64,000 bases of DNA from Eledone cirrhosa (GCA_964016885.1 OZ024740.1:20088001-20152000); one strand, 5' to 3'. Counted from the stretch's first letter, positions 1 through 10,400 are shown. Program-made: numbers and translations. The notes: a model not told the origin generated them from the sequence alone.

Positions 1-256
1 GGACAGCTTGTAAAATTAATGTGCTAGTGACTGAGCATTCCTCAGACATGCGCACCATTAACATAGTTCTCAGGGAGATTCAGCATGACACAATATATGA
101 TATGGTTCGTCCTTTTAAATACAGATACAACTCATTTTTGTCAGCAATATGAAATAAAGTGTCTTGCTCAAGGAAACAATGTTCTGCCAGAAATGGAACT
201 CATGACCTTATAGTTGTCAACCAAAGACTCCTAACTACTAAGCCATGTTCCTCCAC
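1..256 (-). mobile_element. tRNA-derived SINE with CORE-like central domain (decayed, runs off window start)
   Basis: Minus strand begins GTGGAGGAACA-TGGCTTAGTAG (A box) ... GAGTTCCATTTC (degenerate B box). It is followed by TTTCCTTGAGCAAGACACTTTATTTC, which resembles the CORE-SINE CCTTGGGCAAG motif. Confidence 0.7.
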
Positions 257-267
257 TATAAGCTTCT

Positions 268-332
268 ATGTCCTGTGTTCAAACCCTGCCAAGATCTTCT
301 ATTTTGCCATCCTTCTGGTTAAATATGTACAA
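268..332 (+). mobile_element. Highly decayed fragment of the SINE family seen at 5717-5908
   Basis: GTGTTCAAACCCTGCCAAGATC...TTTGCCATCCTTCTGG aligns by eye to GAGTTCAAATCCCGCCGAGG...TTTGCCTTTCATCCTTATGG at ~5792-5837. Confidence 0.4.
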
Positions 333-560
333 TATGTCACAATGTATACAGATGTAGTCAGAAAATCCCCCCCCCCCCTAATGAAAACTTACAGTAAACA
401 AGTTGAACCACTCTGCCTCCCTCAAAATGTAGAGTTAGAGAGAGGTAAAGACCCTCTTTGGTCACGAATGACCATATGGATTACACCTAGAAAGTTCTCC
501 TCCGAGACACAAAATCTGAGTAATGTTTCTAAATAATAATTAAATATAATTTGTTCTACA

Positions 561-642
561 ATCTCAGCTAGAGATTGAACCTGTAACTACACCATGGAAA
601 CTACAAAGTCCAACACTCTTACCAACTGAGCCACCAGGATAC
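561..642 (-). pseudogene. tRNA-like sequence (tRNA pseudogene or SINE head)
   Basis: Minus strand reads TCCTGG-TGGCTCAGTTGG (A box)-TAAGAGTGTTGGACTTTGTAG...AGGTTCAATCTC (B-box-like). The acceptor stem does not pair cleanly. Confidence 0.5.
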
Positions 643-876
643 CTACCCTCAAAATATACAAAATGTACAATACACAATTTCATCAACTGTGGTCTGCCAG
701 GGACATCCTTCTCTTTTCCCCCAAACATCATTCAATAGTCTATTTGATTCACTGTACCCAAAATAGAAATCTATTGAAGAAATTAATTCAACGGTCTTAC
801 TCAAAATATAAACATATACTGAATGATTTGATTAATCCTCCACCTCAAAGAAAAAAATGTTAGATGGTTGTTATAT

Positions 877-1072
877 TGCCATGACAAAAAGTACCCAGTC
901 CATACTGAAACTTGGTTGGCATTAGGAAGGGCATCTAGCTGTAGAAACCAAGCCAAAGTTCAGATCCATATGAGCAAGACGTGGTTATCTGAGCTGAATA
1001 GTGTCATAATGTGACAACCAGTCTAACCCGTACTAGCATGGTAAAATAGATGTTAAACAGTGATGATGATGA
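877..1072 (+). mobile_element. Non-autonomous RTE-tailed retroposon/SINE, copy 1 (diverged)
   Basis: Contains GGTTGGCATTAGGAAGGGCATCTAGCTGTAGAAAC and ends AACCCGTACTAGCATGG...GATGTTAAA..(TGA)n. Homologous to 1094-1365 and 4697-4993. Confidence 0.7.
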
Positions 1073-1093
1073 GATATATGTATACATATATAA

Positions 1094-1361
1094 ATCATCA
1101 TCATCATCATTTAACGTCTATCTTCCATGCTAGCATGGGTTAGACGGGAGATGTCCCACTTGAGGCAAGATTGGTCAGGTGACTGTGTCTTGCTCGTATA
1201 GGACTATCTGGCAGGTTTTCTACAGCTGGATGCCCTTCCTAACACCAACCACATTTACAGTGTGGATTGGGAACTTTTTACTGTGTTACCTACATGGCCA
1301 CATTACAGCGTGGACTGTGTTTTTTTGTTGTGACACCTACACGATCTCATTAGTTTGGACT

Positions 1362-1365
<4 letters not shown>
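1094..1365 (-). mobile_element. Non-autonomous RTE-tailed retroposon/SINE, copy 2
   Basis: Reverse complement aligns over ~270 bp with 4712-4993. It ends CCCATGCTAGCATGGAAGATAGACGTTAAA(TGA)n, and its 5' end is truncated at a (TA)n tract. Confidence 0.8.

Positions 1366-1392
<27 letters not shown>
1364..1392. repeat. (TA)n microsatellite
   Basis: Direct dinucleotide run. Confidence 0.95.
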
Positions 1393-1397
<5 letters not shown>

Positions 1398-1513
1398 CGT
1401 ATGTTATTACTCTAAGGACCTAACTTATCAAGTGCTTTGCTAACTCATCACCTCAGAAGTAGGCCGAATTTGCTTGCAAACCGCCAGAGATTCGATTTTA
1501 CTAAATATACAAT

Positions 1514-1577
<64 letters not shown>
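1514..1577. repeat. (TA)n microsatellite
   Basis: Direct dinucleotide run with one interruption. Confidence 0.95.
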
Positions 1578-1578
<1 letters not shown>

Positions 1579-1749
1579 GTTCAAGGAGACAACAGAGGTA
1601 CAAAAAGTTTAATTAGTTTCACACTTTATATGGAAAAGAGGAAAGAAAGTTTGATGTGTCGGGTTTAAGCCCTTCTTTAGGAGTACAGAGACAGGATCAC
1701 AAAGGAGACAAAAATAAAGGAGGTCTGAGTAAATAAAAAAAATAAAAAA

Positions 1750-1840
1750 ATATATATGTGTGTGTGTGTGTTACAATCCCTAAACTATATATATGTGTAT
1801 GTATGTGTGTGTGTGTATATATATATACACATACACACAA
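1750..1840. repeat. Compound (TA)n/(TG)n/(CA)n microsatellite
   Basis: Alternating TA, TG and CA runs. Confidence 0.85.
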
Positions 1841-1904
1841 ACCTATGCAAAAGATGGAAAATGAACATTAAACAATGATGATGATATATGTACAGATACA
1901 TATG

Positions 1905-2135
1905 CACACAACACACACACATACTCACATACAGCACACAACACACACATACTCACATACAGCACACAACACACACACATACTCACATACAGCACACACA
2001 TACTCACATACAGCACAACACACACACACATACTCACATACAGCACACAACACATACACATACTCACATACAGCACACACACACTCACTCACAACACACA
2101 ACATACTTACATACTCACATACAGCACACAGCACA
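1905..2135. repeat. CA-rich minisatellite with a ~20-30 bp unit (CATACTCACATACAGCACACAACACACACA)
   Basis: About 7-8 recurrences of CATACTCACATACAGCAC separated by variable (CA)n. It explains the low-complexity ORFs at 1843-2235. Confidence 0.9.
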
Positions 2136-2659
2136 CCACTGTAGATATCTCTACAAAAGAACATATCTTCACACCATGTCCAGTTTATATTCACAATACA
2201 GCAACAAAAATGTTAATAATTTATTTGTTCTATAAAACTATTATTGAAGTAATCCATTTAATGACCATCTCTGTCACTTTGCCAATATGTCTGCAATTCT
2301 TGGAAATATCTGATGATTATTCTTTTTCCCAAAAGAGACTGGAACCAGACATGAAATTGCTGCAAATTCTGTTTAATATCTCCTGTATAATTTACTACCA
2401 TTAGTAAACTGATGATTTAAATGTTATATGTATGTTCTTCTGGTTTTATAATTTGACAAAGTTTTACCAATAGAGAGAGAGTCAGTTTCTAACATAGACA
2501 CAAGACTCTCTCATTGGAATTTACACAACATCAACTAGGTAGATATGTATGTATGCATGCAGGTGTAGATATGGATGTTATTGTATGTGTGGATGTGGAT
2601 GTTTTGAGTTGTATGTGTGCATGTGTATATGCTTTGCATCTGTACATGTGTATATGCAG

Positions 2660-3120
2660 TTATTAGATGCAAAATTTTGGAATGTTCTACATATTTTTAC
2701 TGTTCCATTAATGGATTGTACTTGTAATTTCCTAACTAGTTGTGTTCTTTCTGTTCCTGTGAAGCCTAGCTTCTCAAGATTTGTATTGAGGCAGTTACTA
2801 ACATATCCCAGTGCCCCAATAATCACAGGCATAAATCTGAAGGTGTAATTAGGGTGGAGTATCTGCAGATTTCTCATCAGTTCTGCATAAATATTCTCCT
2901 TTTCACTAATCTTTGATATTATATTGGCATCTGCTGGGCAGCTAATTTCCACTACTGTGCATGCTTTCTTCTCTCTGTCCCATATCATAATATTTGGTCT
3001 GTTATGCCTGCATTTTATTGGGGTTTTTACTGGAACATTCCACCAGTACTCTTTCATATTATGTACATGGATGTCTTCCACATTGCTGTAGCTTTTAATG
3101 TGTTTATTATCAGGGCTATC
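2660..3120 (-). mobile_element. 3' fragment of an RLE-type non-LTR retrotransposon (R2/R4/NeSL-like), restriction-like endonuclease domain
   Basis: The ORF at 2578-3081 reads HNRPNIMIWDREKKACTVVEISCP...KISEKENIYAEL...PVIIGALG. This matches the RLE pattern RPD...E(I/V)xxP...KxxKY...P(V/I)IIGALG with PD changed to PN. The fragment is 5'-truncated at (TATG)n. Confidence 0.8.
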
Positions 3121-3138
3121 TATGTATGTATGTATGTA

Positions 3139-4146
3139 TTAACAGAGGAGTTTAAGACTGGCTGTCCATAGGAACTTCTCTATGTTGATGATCTGGTTCT
3201 TATAGCAGAATCAATAGAGGAGCTAGAGAATAAATTTTGACTATGGAATCAGCAGTTGGAAGCAAGAGAACTGAGAGTGAACCTAGCTAAGACAAAAGTG
3301 TTGATGAGTAGAAAAGAGGACAAAACTCTGATTCCGTCATGGAAATGGCCATGTTTGATATGCAGAAAAGGAACTGGCATAAATTCTATAAAATGCACAC
3401 AATGCAGATCTTGGGTACACAAGAGATGTAGTGGGATAGTAGGCAAACTAACAGGTAGGGAGAAATGCGTATTGTATACAGTAGATGTACAGGTAAATTA
3501 GACAGTAGAAGTCGCATTGATAGACACATTTTTCAAACGCAGGTGGGTGCTATAGAAGTGGTTGATAGCTTCCGGTACCTAGGAGATCAGATTAGCATGG
3601 GGGGTGGGGGTGTTCCGAGGCCATAGTATCTAGAATAAGGACGGGTTGGAAGAAGTTTAGGGAGTTGCTTCCTCTGCTGATGAAGAAGGGTTTCTCCCTG
3701 CATACAAAAGACCGGTTAAATGATGCCTGTGTGAGGAGCGTGATACTGCATGGTAGTGAGACTTGGGCAGCAACTGCAGAGGATATGCGATATGCAATGC
3801 CAATGTGCGTGAATGACCCAGCATGGATGTGTTGAGACAGAGACTGTGCCTAAGAGGGATAGAATGTAGTGTGCGAGAGAGGAGACTGCGGTGGTATGGA
3901 CATGTCATGCGCATGGAGGATGACCGATGGGTGAAGAAGTGCCAGGAAATGCCAGTTGAAGGAAGACGTAGTAGAGGTAGACCACGAAAAACATGGGCGG
4001 AGGTGGTGAGAACAGACCTCAGATTGCTGAAGCTCACGGTGGAGATGACGAAGGACCGTGACAAGTGGAGAAATGCTGTGCTGAATAGGACCCGTCCTAC
4101 CCTTGCAAGCAGGGAAAAGTGGACGTAAAATGATGATGATAATGAT
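3139..4146 (+). mobile_element. 5'-truncated, inactivated RTE-clade LINE (RT C-terminal half plus 3' tail)
   Basis: Translation gives ELLYVDDLVLIAES (YxDD at 3181-3192), LRVNLAKTKVL, a Cys/His insert CLIC..CTQCRSWVHKRC, FRYLGD, HGSETWA, RRLRWYGHVMRM and GRRSRGRPRKTW. It has in-frame stops and frameshifts and ends in a short hairpin plus (TGA)n. Confidence 0.9.
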
Positions 4147-4219
4147 TATATATATGAAGTGTTTCCGTAGGAAAGGTAAAGGAAAAGAGAGTGCTCTATG
4201 TAGGCTACAGAGCTTTTTA

Positions 4220-4421
4220 GTTATGTAATAAACACGATGAGATAATTATTTCATTTACCAAAGGTTTCATGAAGACAGACGAGCATTACACAGACGTCTG
4301 AAAATGTATTTAAATAAATTTTCATTCTGACGACCGAAGTCAGACGTCTGTGTGAAGCTCGTCTGCCTTCGTGAAACCATTGGTAAATGAAATAATTATC
4401 TTATGTTGTTTATTACATAAC
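4220..4421. mobile_element. Long-hairpin MITE-like element (82-bp inverted arms, 38-bp spacer, TA on both flanks)
   Basis: Bases 4220-4301 (GTTATGTAATAAACACGATGAGATAATTATTTCATTTACC...CACAGACGTCTGA) are the reverse complement of 4340-4421 with few mismatches. TA lies at 4218-4219 and 4422-4423. Confidence 0.8.
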
Positions 4422-4429
4422 TATATATA

Positions 4430-4471
<42 letters not shown>

Positions 4472-4519
4472 GATATGTATGTATATATATATATATATAT
4501 ATATATTTAGATATGTATG

Positions 4520-4601
<82 letters not shown>
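4422..4601. repeat. Compound (TA)n/(CA)n microsatellite with a duplicated TTTAGATATGTATG spacer
   Basis: Direct observation. Confidence 0.95.
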
Positions 4602-4605
<4 letters not shown>

Positions 4606-4696
4606 AAAGTAAAACCTACTACAGTCAGTAGGCATCTCTAACAAAATACACCCCCCACCCCACCCCATCCACACCGCCCCTTTCAATGTAAAGTTA

Positions 4697-4993
4697 TGTT
4701 GGTGCCACAACATCCAGGCCGAAACAAATGAGATCGTGTAGGTGTCACGACAAAAAAACACACAGTCCACGCTGTAATGTGGCTGTGTAGGCAACATGGT
4801 AAAAACCTCCCAGTCCCACACTGTAAATGTGGTTGGTGTTAGGAAGGGCATCCAGCTGTAGAAAACCCGCCAGACAGTCCTATGCGAGCAAGACAACCAC
4901 TCTTGCCTCAAGTGGGAAAACTCCCATCCAAACCCATGCAAGCGTGGAACATGGACTTTAAACGATGATGATGATGATGATGATGATGATGAT
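4697..4993 (+). mobile_element. Non-autonomous RTE-tailed retroposon/SINE, copy 3
   Basis: Contains GGTTGGTGTTAGGAAGGGCATCCAGCTGTAGAAAAC and ends AACCCATGCAAGCGTGGAACATGGACTTTAAAC(GAT)n. It is an inverted homologue of 1094-1365; the 5' boundary is uncertain and may reach ~4602. Confidence 0.8.
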
Positions 4994-5073
4994 ATAGTAA
5001 TAATAATAAATTTGAAGACTAAAATCCAAAGAGGGTGAAAGCAGCGATTTTTTGCTTAAACTTTAATCTGTTA

Positions 5074-5078
<5 letters not shown>

Positions 5079-5142
<64 letters not shown>
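5079..5142. repeat. (TA)n microsatellite
   Basis: Direct dinucleotide run. Confidence 0.95.
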
Positions 5143-5148
<6 letters not shown>

Positions 5149-5396
5149 GTGAGGTTTTTTTTACAAAATGAAAAATAACCGAGGTGTCCAACACGAGTGA
5201 AAGTATAAAGAAAAAGAGATGAAATCGAAAATGCAACTGGAGTCATATTTTTTTTAAAAATTCATGCATAGCTGTATACAGATATGTTTAGAAATTTCGT
5301 ATTTCTAATGAAATACGGTATGTTTATGGATCAACATTTAGAAAGCTGTAGCTATGCAAAACACCGGGGCTATCACCCTCTGTCCAGCAGAAGCAA

Positions 5397-5455
5397 GGGG
5401 GACAATCGTCGTTGCATTTCGAACTTAACTGGTTCTCATCAGGACGATCCCTCCC
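5397..5455 (-). ncRNA. Minimal type I hammerhead ribozyme motif with one core substitution
   Basis: Minus strand: ATCGTC (stem I) CTGATGA GAAC cagttaa GTTC (stem II) GAAA TGCA (palindromic stem III) AC GACGAT (stem I'). Position 16.1 is A instead of the conserved U. Confidence 0.7.
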
Positions 5456-5716
5456 ACATTTGCGACTGCTGGACTTGAAAACAGTCGAGAATATATAGTT
5501 TTCTTGCCTGTGTAAATGAGGTGATTAATCTCATTTGCATATGAAGCTGCGTAAGTTGGCTCAACTAGGTCAGAGTTGAGGGTGGCAAGTGGGCCAGGTG
5601 ACATGGGTGTATGATTTTGAAGAGAGAAAGGAATTTAATTCTAGTTCTTTTATTTTGTTCTGTTACTTATACGTAGTACACTATGTTCACTACATATACA
5701 TTATTATACCTGTGAG

Positions 5717-5908
5717 GGCGGTGGATTGGCAGTATCGGTAGAGGGTCGGACGCCATGCTTTGCAGCAAAGAGTTATGGCCCTTTATGGTCTGAGTTCAAA
5801 TCCCGCCGAGGTTAACTTTGCCTTTCATCCTTATGGGGTCGATAAAATAAAGTACCTGTAATACACTGGGATAATTGCTGGCCTTGTGCCAAAAGTAGAA
5901 ACAATTAT
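5717..5908 (+). mobile_element. tRNA-derived SINE
   Basis: A-box-like TGGCAGTATCGG and B box GAGTTCAAATCC, then a central GCCTTTCATCCTTATGGGGTCGATAAAATAAAGTACC domain and an AT-rich tail. Confidence 0.75.
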
Positions 5909-6168
5909 ATAAGTCACACACAAATCATATATATTTAGCACTAATTAGCACAATATTTCTTAAACAGTTTGAAATGAGGCTTACATTTCACATCAGTCTG
6001 AGCCTATTAACAGCTATATCGGGGACAGGGTGTGTCTGTTGGAGGCCTATCACTAGATTTACACAGATCTGGCTACAACTGAGAAACTACTGATAGCTGC
6101 AAATATATTTTGATAATTGATTGAATTGCTTCTGTAAATTTGCCTAGTTGTATATAAGTAGTTGAGGC

Positions 6169-6469
6169 CAGGGCCAGATTTAATGGGGGGGGGGGCAGGG
6201 GGGGAATTTCCCCTGGTCCCCTACAGTGGGGGGCACCAGCGATGGCCTTAACAATTTATTTGTGTCCTCAGCTGGGCTTTTTAGTTTTAAGGTGGTTAGA
6301 ATTTTTTAATGTAACACCTGTATGTATAAGTTTTCAATTCCAATTACTTCTGCCAAACTAACTTTGATATGTAAAATTGGGAAGTTTGCTGTGTATTGTA
6401 AATTTTTATGTGTGAGGGGACCTCCAAACCTGAAGTGCCCTGGACCCCCAAGATTTAAATCCAGCCCTG
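6169..6469. mobile_element. Non-autonomous hAT-type MITE (301 bp)
   Basis: TIRs are CAGGGCCAGATTTAA and TTAAATCCAGCCCTG (rc CAGGGCTGGATTTAA). An 8-bp TSD with one mismatch flanks it: GTTGAGGC (6161-6168) and GTTGAGAC (6470-6477). Confidence 0.85.
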
Positions 6470-6651
6470 GTTGAGACTTGTTACGAGCTGAGTTGTGGGG
6501 AGATTGGTTGACCAATCAAAGAGTCAGCCATTCATTGCTACTATGTTCAGTATAAAACAGATACATGACATACCACCTGGTTTAGTACCAGCAAAGCTAC
6601 AGTTTTGTAATCCCCCCCTCCTCCTTTCTGAAATTGTTTTTCCCATAACTT

Positions 6652-6859
6652 TTATTTTTAATAATGCCTGTTTTAAATAATATTTTTAATAATGCCTGTT
6701 TTTAATGATATTTTTAATAATGCTTGTTTTTAAATAATATTTTTGATAATGCTTGTTTTTAAATAATATTTTTAATAATGCATGTTTTTTAATAATATTT
6801 TTAATAATGCATGTTTTTAAATAATATTTTTAATAATGCTTGTTTTTAAATGATATTTT
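6652..6859. repeat. AT-rich minisatellite, ~28-29 bp unit x ~7 (TTTTTAATAATGCTTGTTTTTAAATAATA)
   Basis: AATGC recurs seven times at ~28-29 bp spacing. Confidence 0.9.
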
Positions 6860-7114
6860 GCAGAGATACATTTTTGGAAATGTAGATTATAAATATGGCG
6901 ATGAAATAAAATAAAATAATTTTTCACACATCATAGGTGTACAAATGATGTTACATCCCAGTAAAAAATCTTTGGCATTATCCTTCTTCATATAATTAAT
7001 TGTTGTCATGGAATTGGAAGGGATGATGAAAATATTCAGTAAATCAAAACATTAACAAATGAAACTATATAATAATGAAAGTATACCCTTGGGGTTAAAA
7101 CATTATTATTATTA

Positions 7115-7472
7115 TTGGCATTCTATAGAGGACTAGTGATGGGTAAAAGTGACGACGTTCTTCAGGGACTATGGGCATCAACAAAAATCAACTACCCTTT
7201 CTCTTCCACAGGACTTTCAGTCCGGGGCCTATGGATAACTTCCAGAAATTTCGACTATCAACCGAGTCCATTGTCAAAATCAGACCGCTGCCCTTCATTA
7301 GCCAGGAAGGGCAGGCTATTTTTGTCTGTTTGATGGCAATGACGAAAGAGGTTGTATGGTGGACGCATCTGAAATGGTTGAAGATGGGCACTTTCTTCTT
7401 TGGCGATGCCCGGATTAACTTCTTCAGGTTTCACTTGAAGATGAAGATCAGGGTGGAGAAGGAAGTGCTGTC
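7115..7472 (+). mobile_element. Probable Tx1/L1-clade LINE ORF2 C-terminal relic
   Basis: A GC-richer, coding-like island. AFYRGLVMGKSDDVL joins by frameshift to QLPFLFHRTFSPGPMDNFQK / RLSTESIVKI...AMTKEVVWWTHLK...INFFRFHLKMKIRVEKEVLSS. It resembles, from memory only, the region flanking zf-RVT in Tx1-like ORF2s. Confidence 0.5.
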
Positions 7473-10400
7473 TTCCAATGTCTGATACCCAGTTCCAATG
7501 TTTGATACCCAGTTCCAATGTCTGTTACCCAGTTCCAATGTCTGATACCTAGTTCCAATGTTTGATACCCAGTTCCAATGTCTGATACCCAGTTCCAATG
7601 TCTGATACCCAGTTCCAATGTTTGATACCTAGTTCCAATGTCTGATACCCAGTTCCAATGTCTGATACCTAGTTCCAATGTCTGATACCCAGTTCCAATG
7701 TTTGATACCTAGTTCCAATGTCTGATACCCAGTTCCAATGTTTGATACCTAGTTCCAATGTCTGATACCCAGTTCCAATGTCTGATACCTAGTTCCAATG
7801 TCTGATACCCAGTTTCAATGTCTGATACCTAGTTCCAATGTTTGATACCCAGTTCCAATGTCTGATACCCAGTTCCAATGTCTGATACCCAGTTCCAATG
7901 TCTGATACCCAGTTCCAATGTTTGATACCGAGTTCCAATGTCTGATACCCATTCCAATGTCTGATACCCAGTTCCAATATCTGATACCCAGTTCCAATGT
8001 CTGATACCCAGTTCCAATGTTTGATACCCAGTTCCAATGCCTGATACCCAGTGCCAATGTCTGATACCCATTCCAATGTCTGATACCCAGTTCCAATGTT
8101 TTATACCCAGTTCCAATGTTTGATACCCATTCCAATGTTTGATACCCAGTTCCAATGTCTGATACCCAGTTCCAATGTCTGATACGCAGTTCCAATGTCT
8201 GATACCCAGTTCCAATGTCTGATACCCAGTTCCAATGTCTGATACCCAGTTCCAATGCCTGATACCCAGTTCCAATGTTTGATACCCAGTTCCAATGTTT
8301 GATACCCAGTTCCAATGTTTGATACCCAGTTCCAATGTCTGATACCCAGTTCCAATGTCTGATACCCATTCCAATATCTGATACCCAGTTCCAATGTTTG
8401 ATACCCAGTTCCAATGTTTGAATCCCAGTTCCAATGTCTGATACCCAGTTCCAATGTCTGATACCTAGTTCCAATGTCTGATACCCAGTTGCAATGTCTG
8501 ATACCCAGTTCCAATGTCTGATACCTAGTTCCAATGTCTGATACGCAGTTCCAATGTCTGATACCCAGTTCCAATGTCTGATACCCAGTTCCAATGCCTG
8601 ATACCCAGTTCCAATGTTTGATACCCAGTTCCAATGTTTGATACCCAGTTCCAATGTCTGATACCCAGGTCCAATGTCTGATACCTAGTTCCAATGTCTG
8701 ATACCCAGTTCCAATGTCTGATACCCAGTTCCAATGTTTGATACCCAGTTCCAATGTCTGATAACTAGTTCCAATGTCTGATACCCAGTTCCAATGTTTG
8801 ATACCCAGTTCTAATGTCTGATACGCAGTTCCAATGTTTGATACCCAGTTCCAATGTCTGATACCCAGTTCAAATATCTGATACCCAGTTCCAATGTCTG
8901 ATGCCCAGTTCCAATGTCTGATACGTGGTTCCAATGTCTGATACCCAGTTCCAATATCTGATACCTGGTTCCAATGTCTGATACCCAGTTCCAATGTCTG
9001 ATAAGCAGTTCCAATGTTTGATACCCAGTTCCAATGTCTGATACCCAGTTCCAATGTCTGATACCCAGTTTCAATATCTGATACCCAGTTCCAATGTCTG
9101 ATACCCAGTTCCAATGTATGATACCCAGTTCCAATGTCTGATACCCAGTTCCAATGTTTGATATCCAGTTCCAATGTCTGATACCCAGTTCTAATGTTTG
9201 ATACACAATTCCAATGTCTGATACCCAGTTCCAATGTTTGATACACAGTTCCAATGTTTGATACCCAGTTCCAATGTCTGATACCTAGTTCCAATGTTTG
9301 ATACCCAGTTCCAATATCTGATACCCAGTTCCAATATCTGATACCCAGTTCCAATGTCTGATACCCAGTTCCAATGTCTGATACCTAGTTCCAATGTTTG
9401 ATACCCACTTCCAATGTTTGATACCCAGTTCCAATATCTGATACCTAGTTCCAATGTTTGCTACCCAGTTCCAATGTTTGATACCCAGTTCCAATATCTG
9501 ATACGCAGTTCCAATATCTGATACCCAGTTCCAATGTTTGATACCCAGGTCCAATGTCTGATACCCAGTTCCAATGTCTGATACCCAGTTCCAATGTCTG
9601 ATAGCCATTCCAATGTCTGATACCCAGTTCCAATGTCTGATACCCAGTTCCAAAGTTTGATACCCAGTTCCAATGTTTCATACCCAGTTCCAATGTCTGA
9701 TACCTAGTTCCAATGTCTGATACCCAGTTGCAATGTCTGATACCCAGTTCCAATGTCTGATACCCAGTTCCAATGTCTGATACCCAGTTCCACTGTCTGA
9801 TACCCAGTTCCAATGTCTGATACCCAGTTCCAATGTCTGATACCCATTCCAATGTCTGATACCCAGTTCCAATATCTGATACCCAGTTCCAATGTCTGAG
9901 ACCCAGTTCCAATGTCTGATACCCAGTTCCAATGTTTGATACCCAGTTCCAATGTCTTATACCCAGTTCCAATGTCTGATACCTAGTTCCAATGTTTGAT
10001 ACCCAGTTCCAATGTTTGATACCCAGTTCCAATATCTGATACCCAGTACCACTGTCTGATACCCATTCGAATGTCTGATACCCAGTTCCAATGTCTGATA
10101 CCCAGTTCCAATGTCTGATACCCAGTTCCAATGTCTGATACACAGTTCCAATGTTTGATACCCAGTTCCAATGTCTGATACCTAGTTCCAATGTTTGATA
10201 CCCAGTTCCAATATCTGATACCCAGTTCCAATATCTGATACCCAGTTCCAATGTCTGATGCCCAGTTCCAATGTCTGATACCCAGTTCCAATGTCTGATA
10301 CCCAGTTCCAATATCTGATACCTGGTTCCAATGTCTGATACCCAGTTCCAATGTCTGATACGCAGTTCCAATGTTTGATACCCAGTTCCAATGTCTGATA

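Noticed and set aside
561-642. Functional tRNA (Tyr-like) gene
   Set aside because: A and B boxes are present, but the acceptor and anticodon stems do not form a proper cloverleaf.
159-863. Short ORFs 159-536 and 663-863
   Set aside because: They cross SINE fragments or AT-rich DNA and have no recognisable domain.
1425-1455. TGATGAG...CAAAG hammerhead-like string on the minus strand
   Set aside because: Lacks the first C of CUGAUGA, the GAAA box and convincing stems.
1653-1680. Degenerate hammerhead/Penelope-like motif on the minus strand (CTAAAGA AGGG cttaaa CCC GACAC ATC)
   Set aside because: Both core boxes are mutated and no stem I is found; at best an old relic.
1843-2235. His/Thr-rich and Cys/Val-rich ORFs
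   Set aside because: Translations of the CA-rich minisatellite.
5533-5540. Octamer motif ATTTGCAT
   Set aside because: A single 8-mer in AT-rich, repeat-derived DNA with no associated gene.
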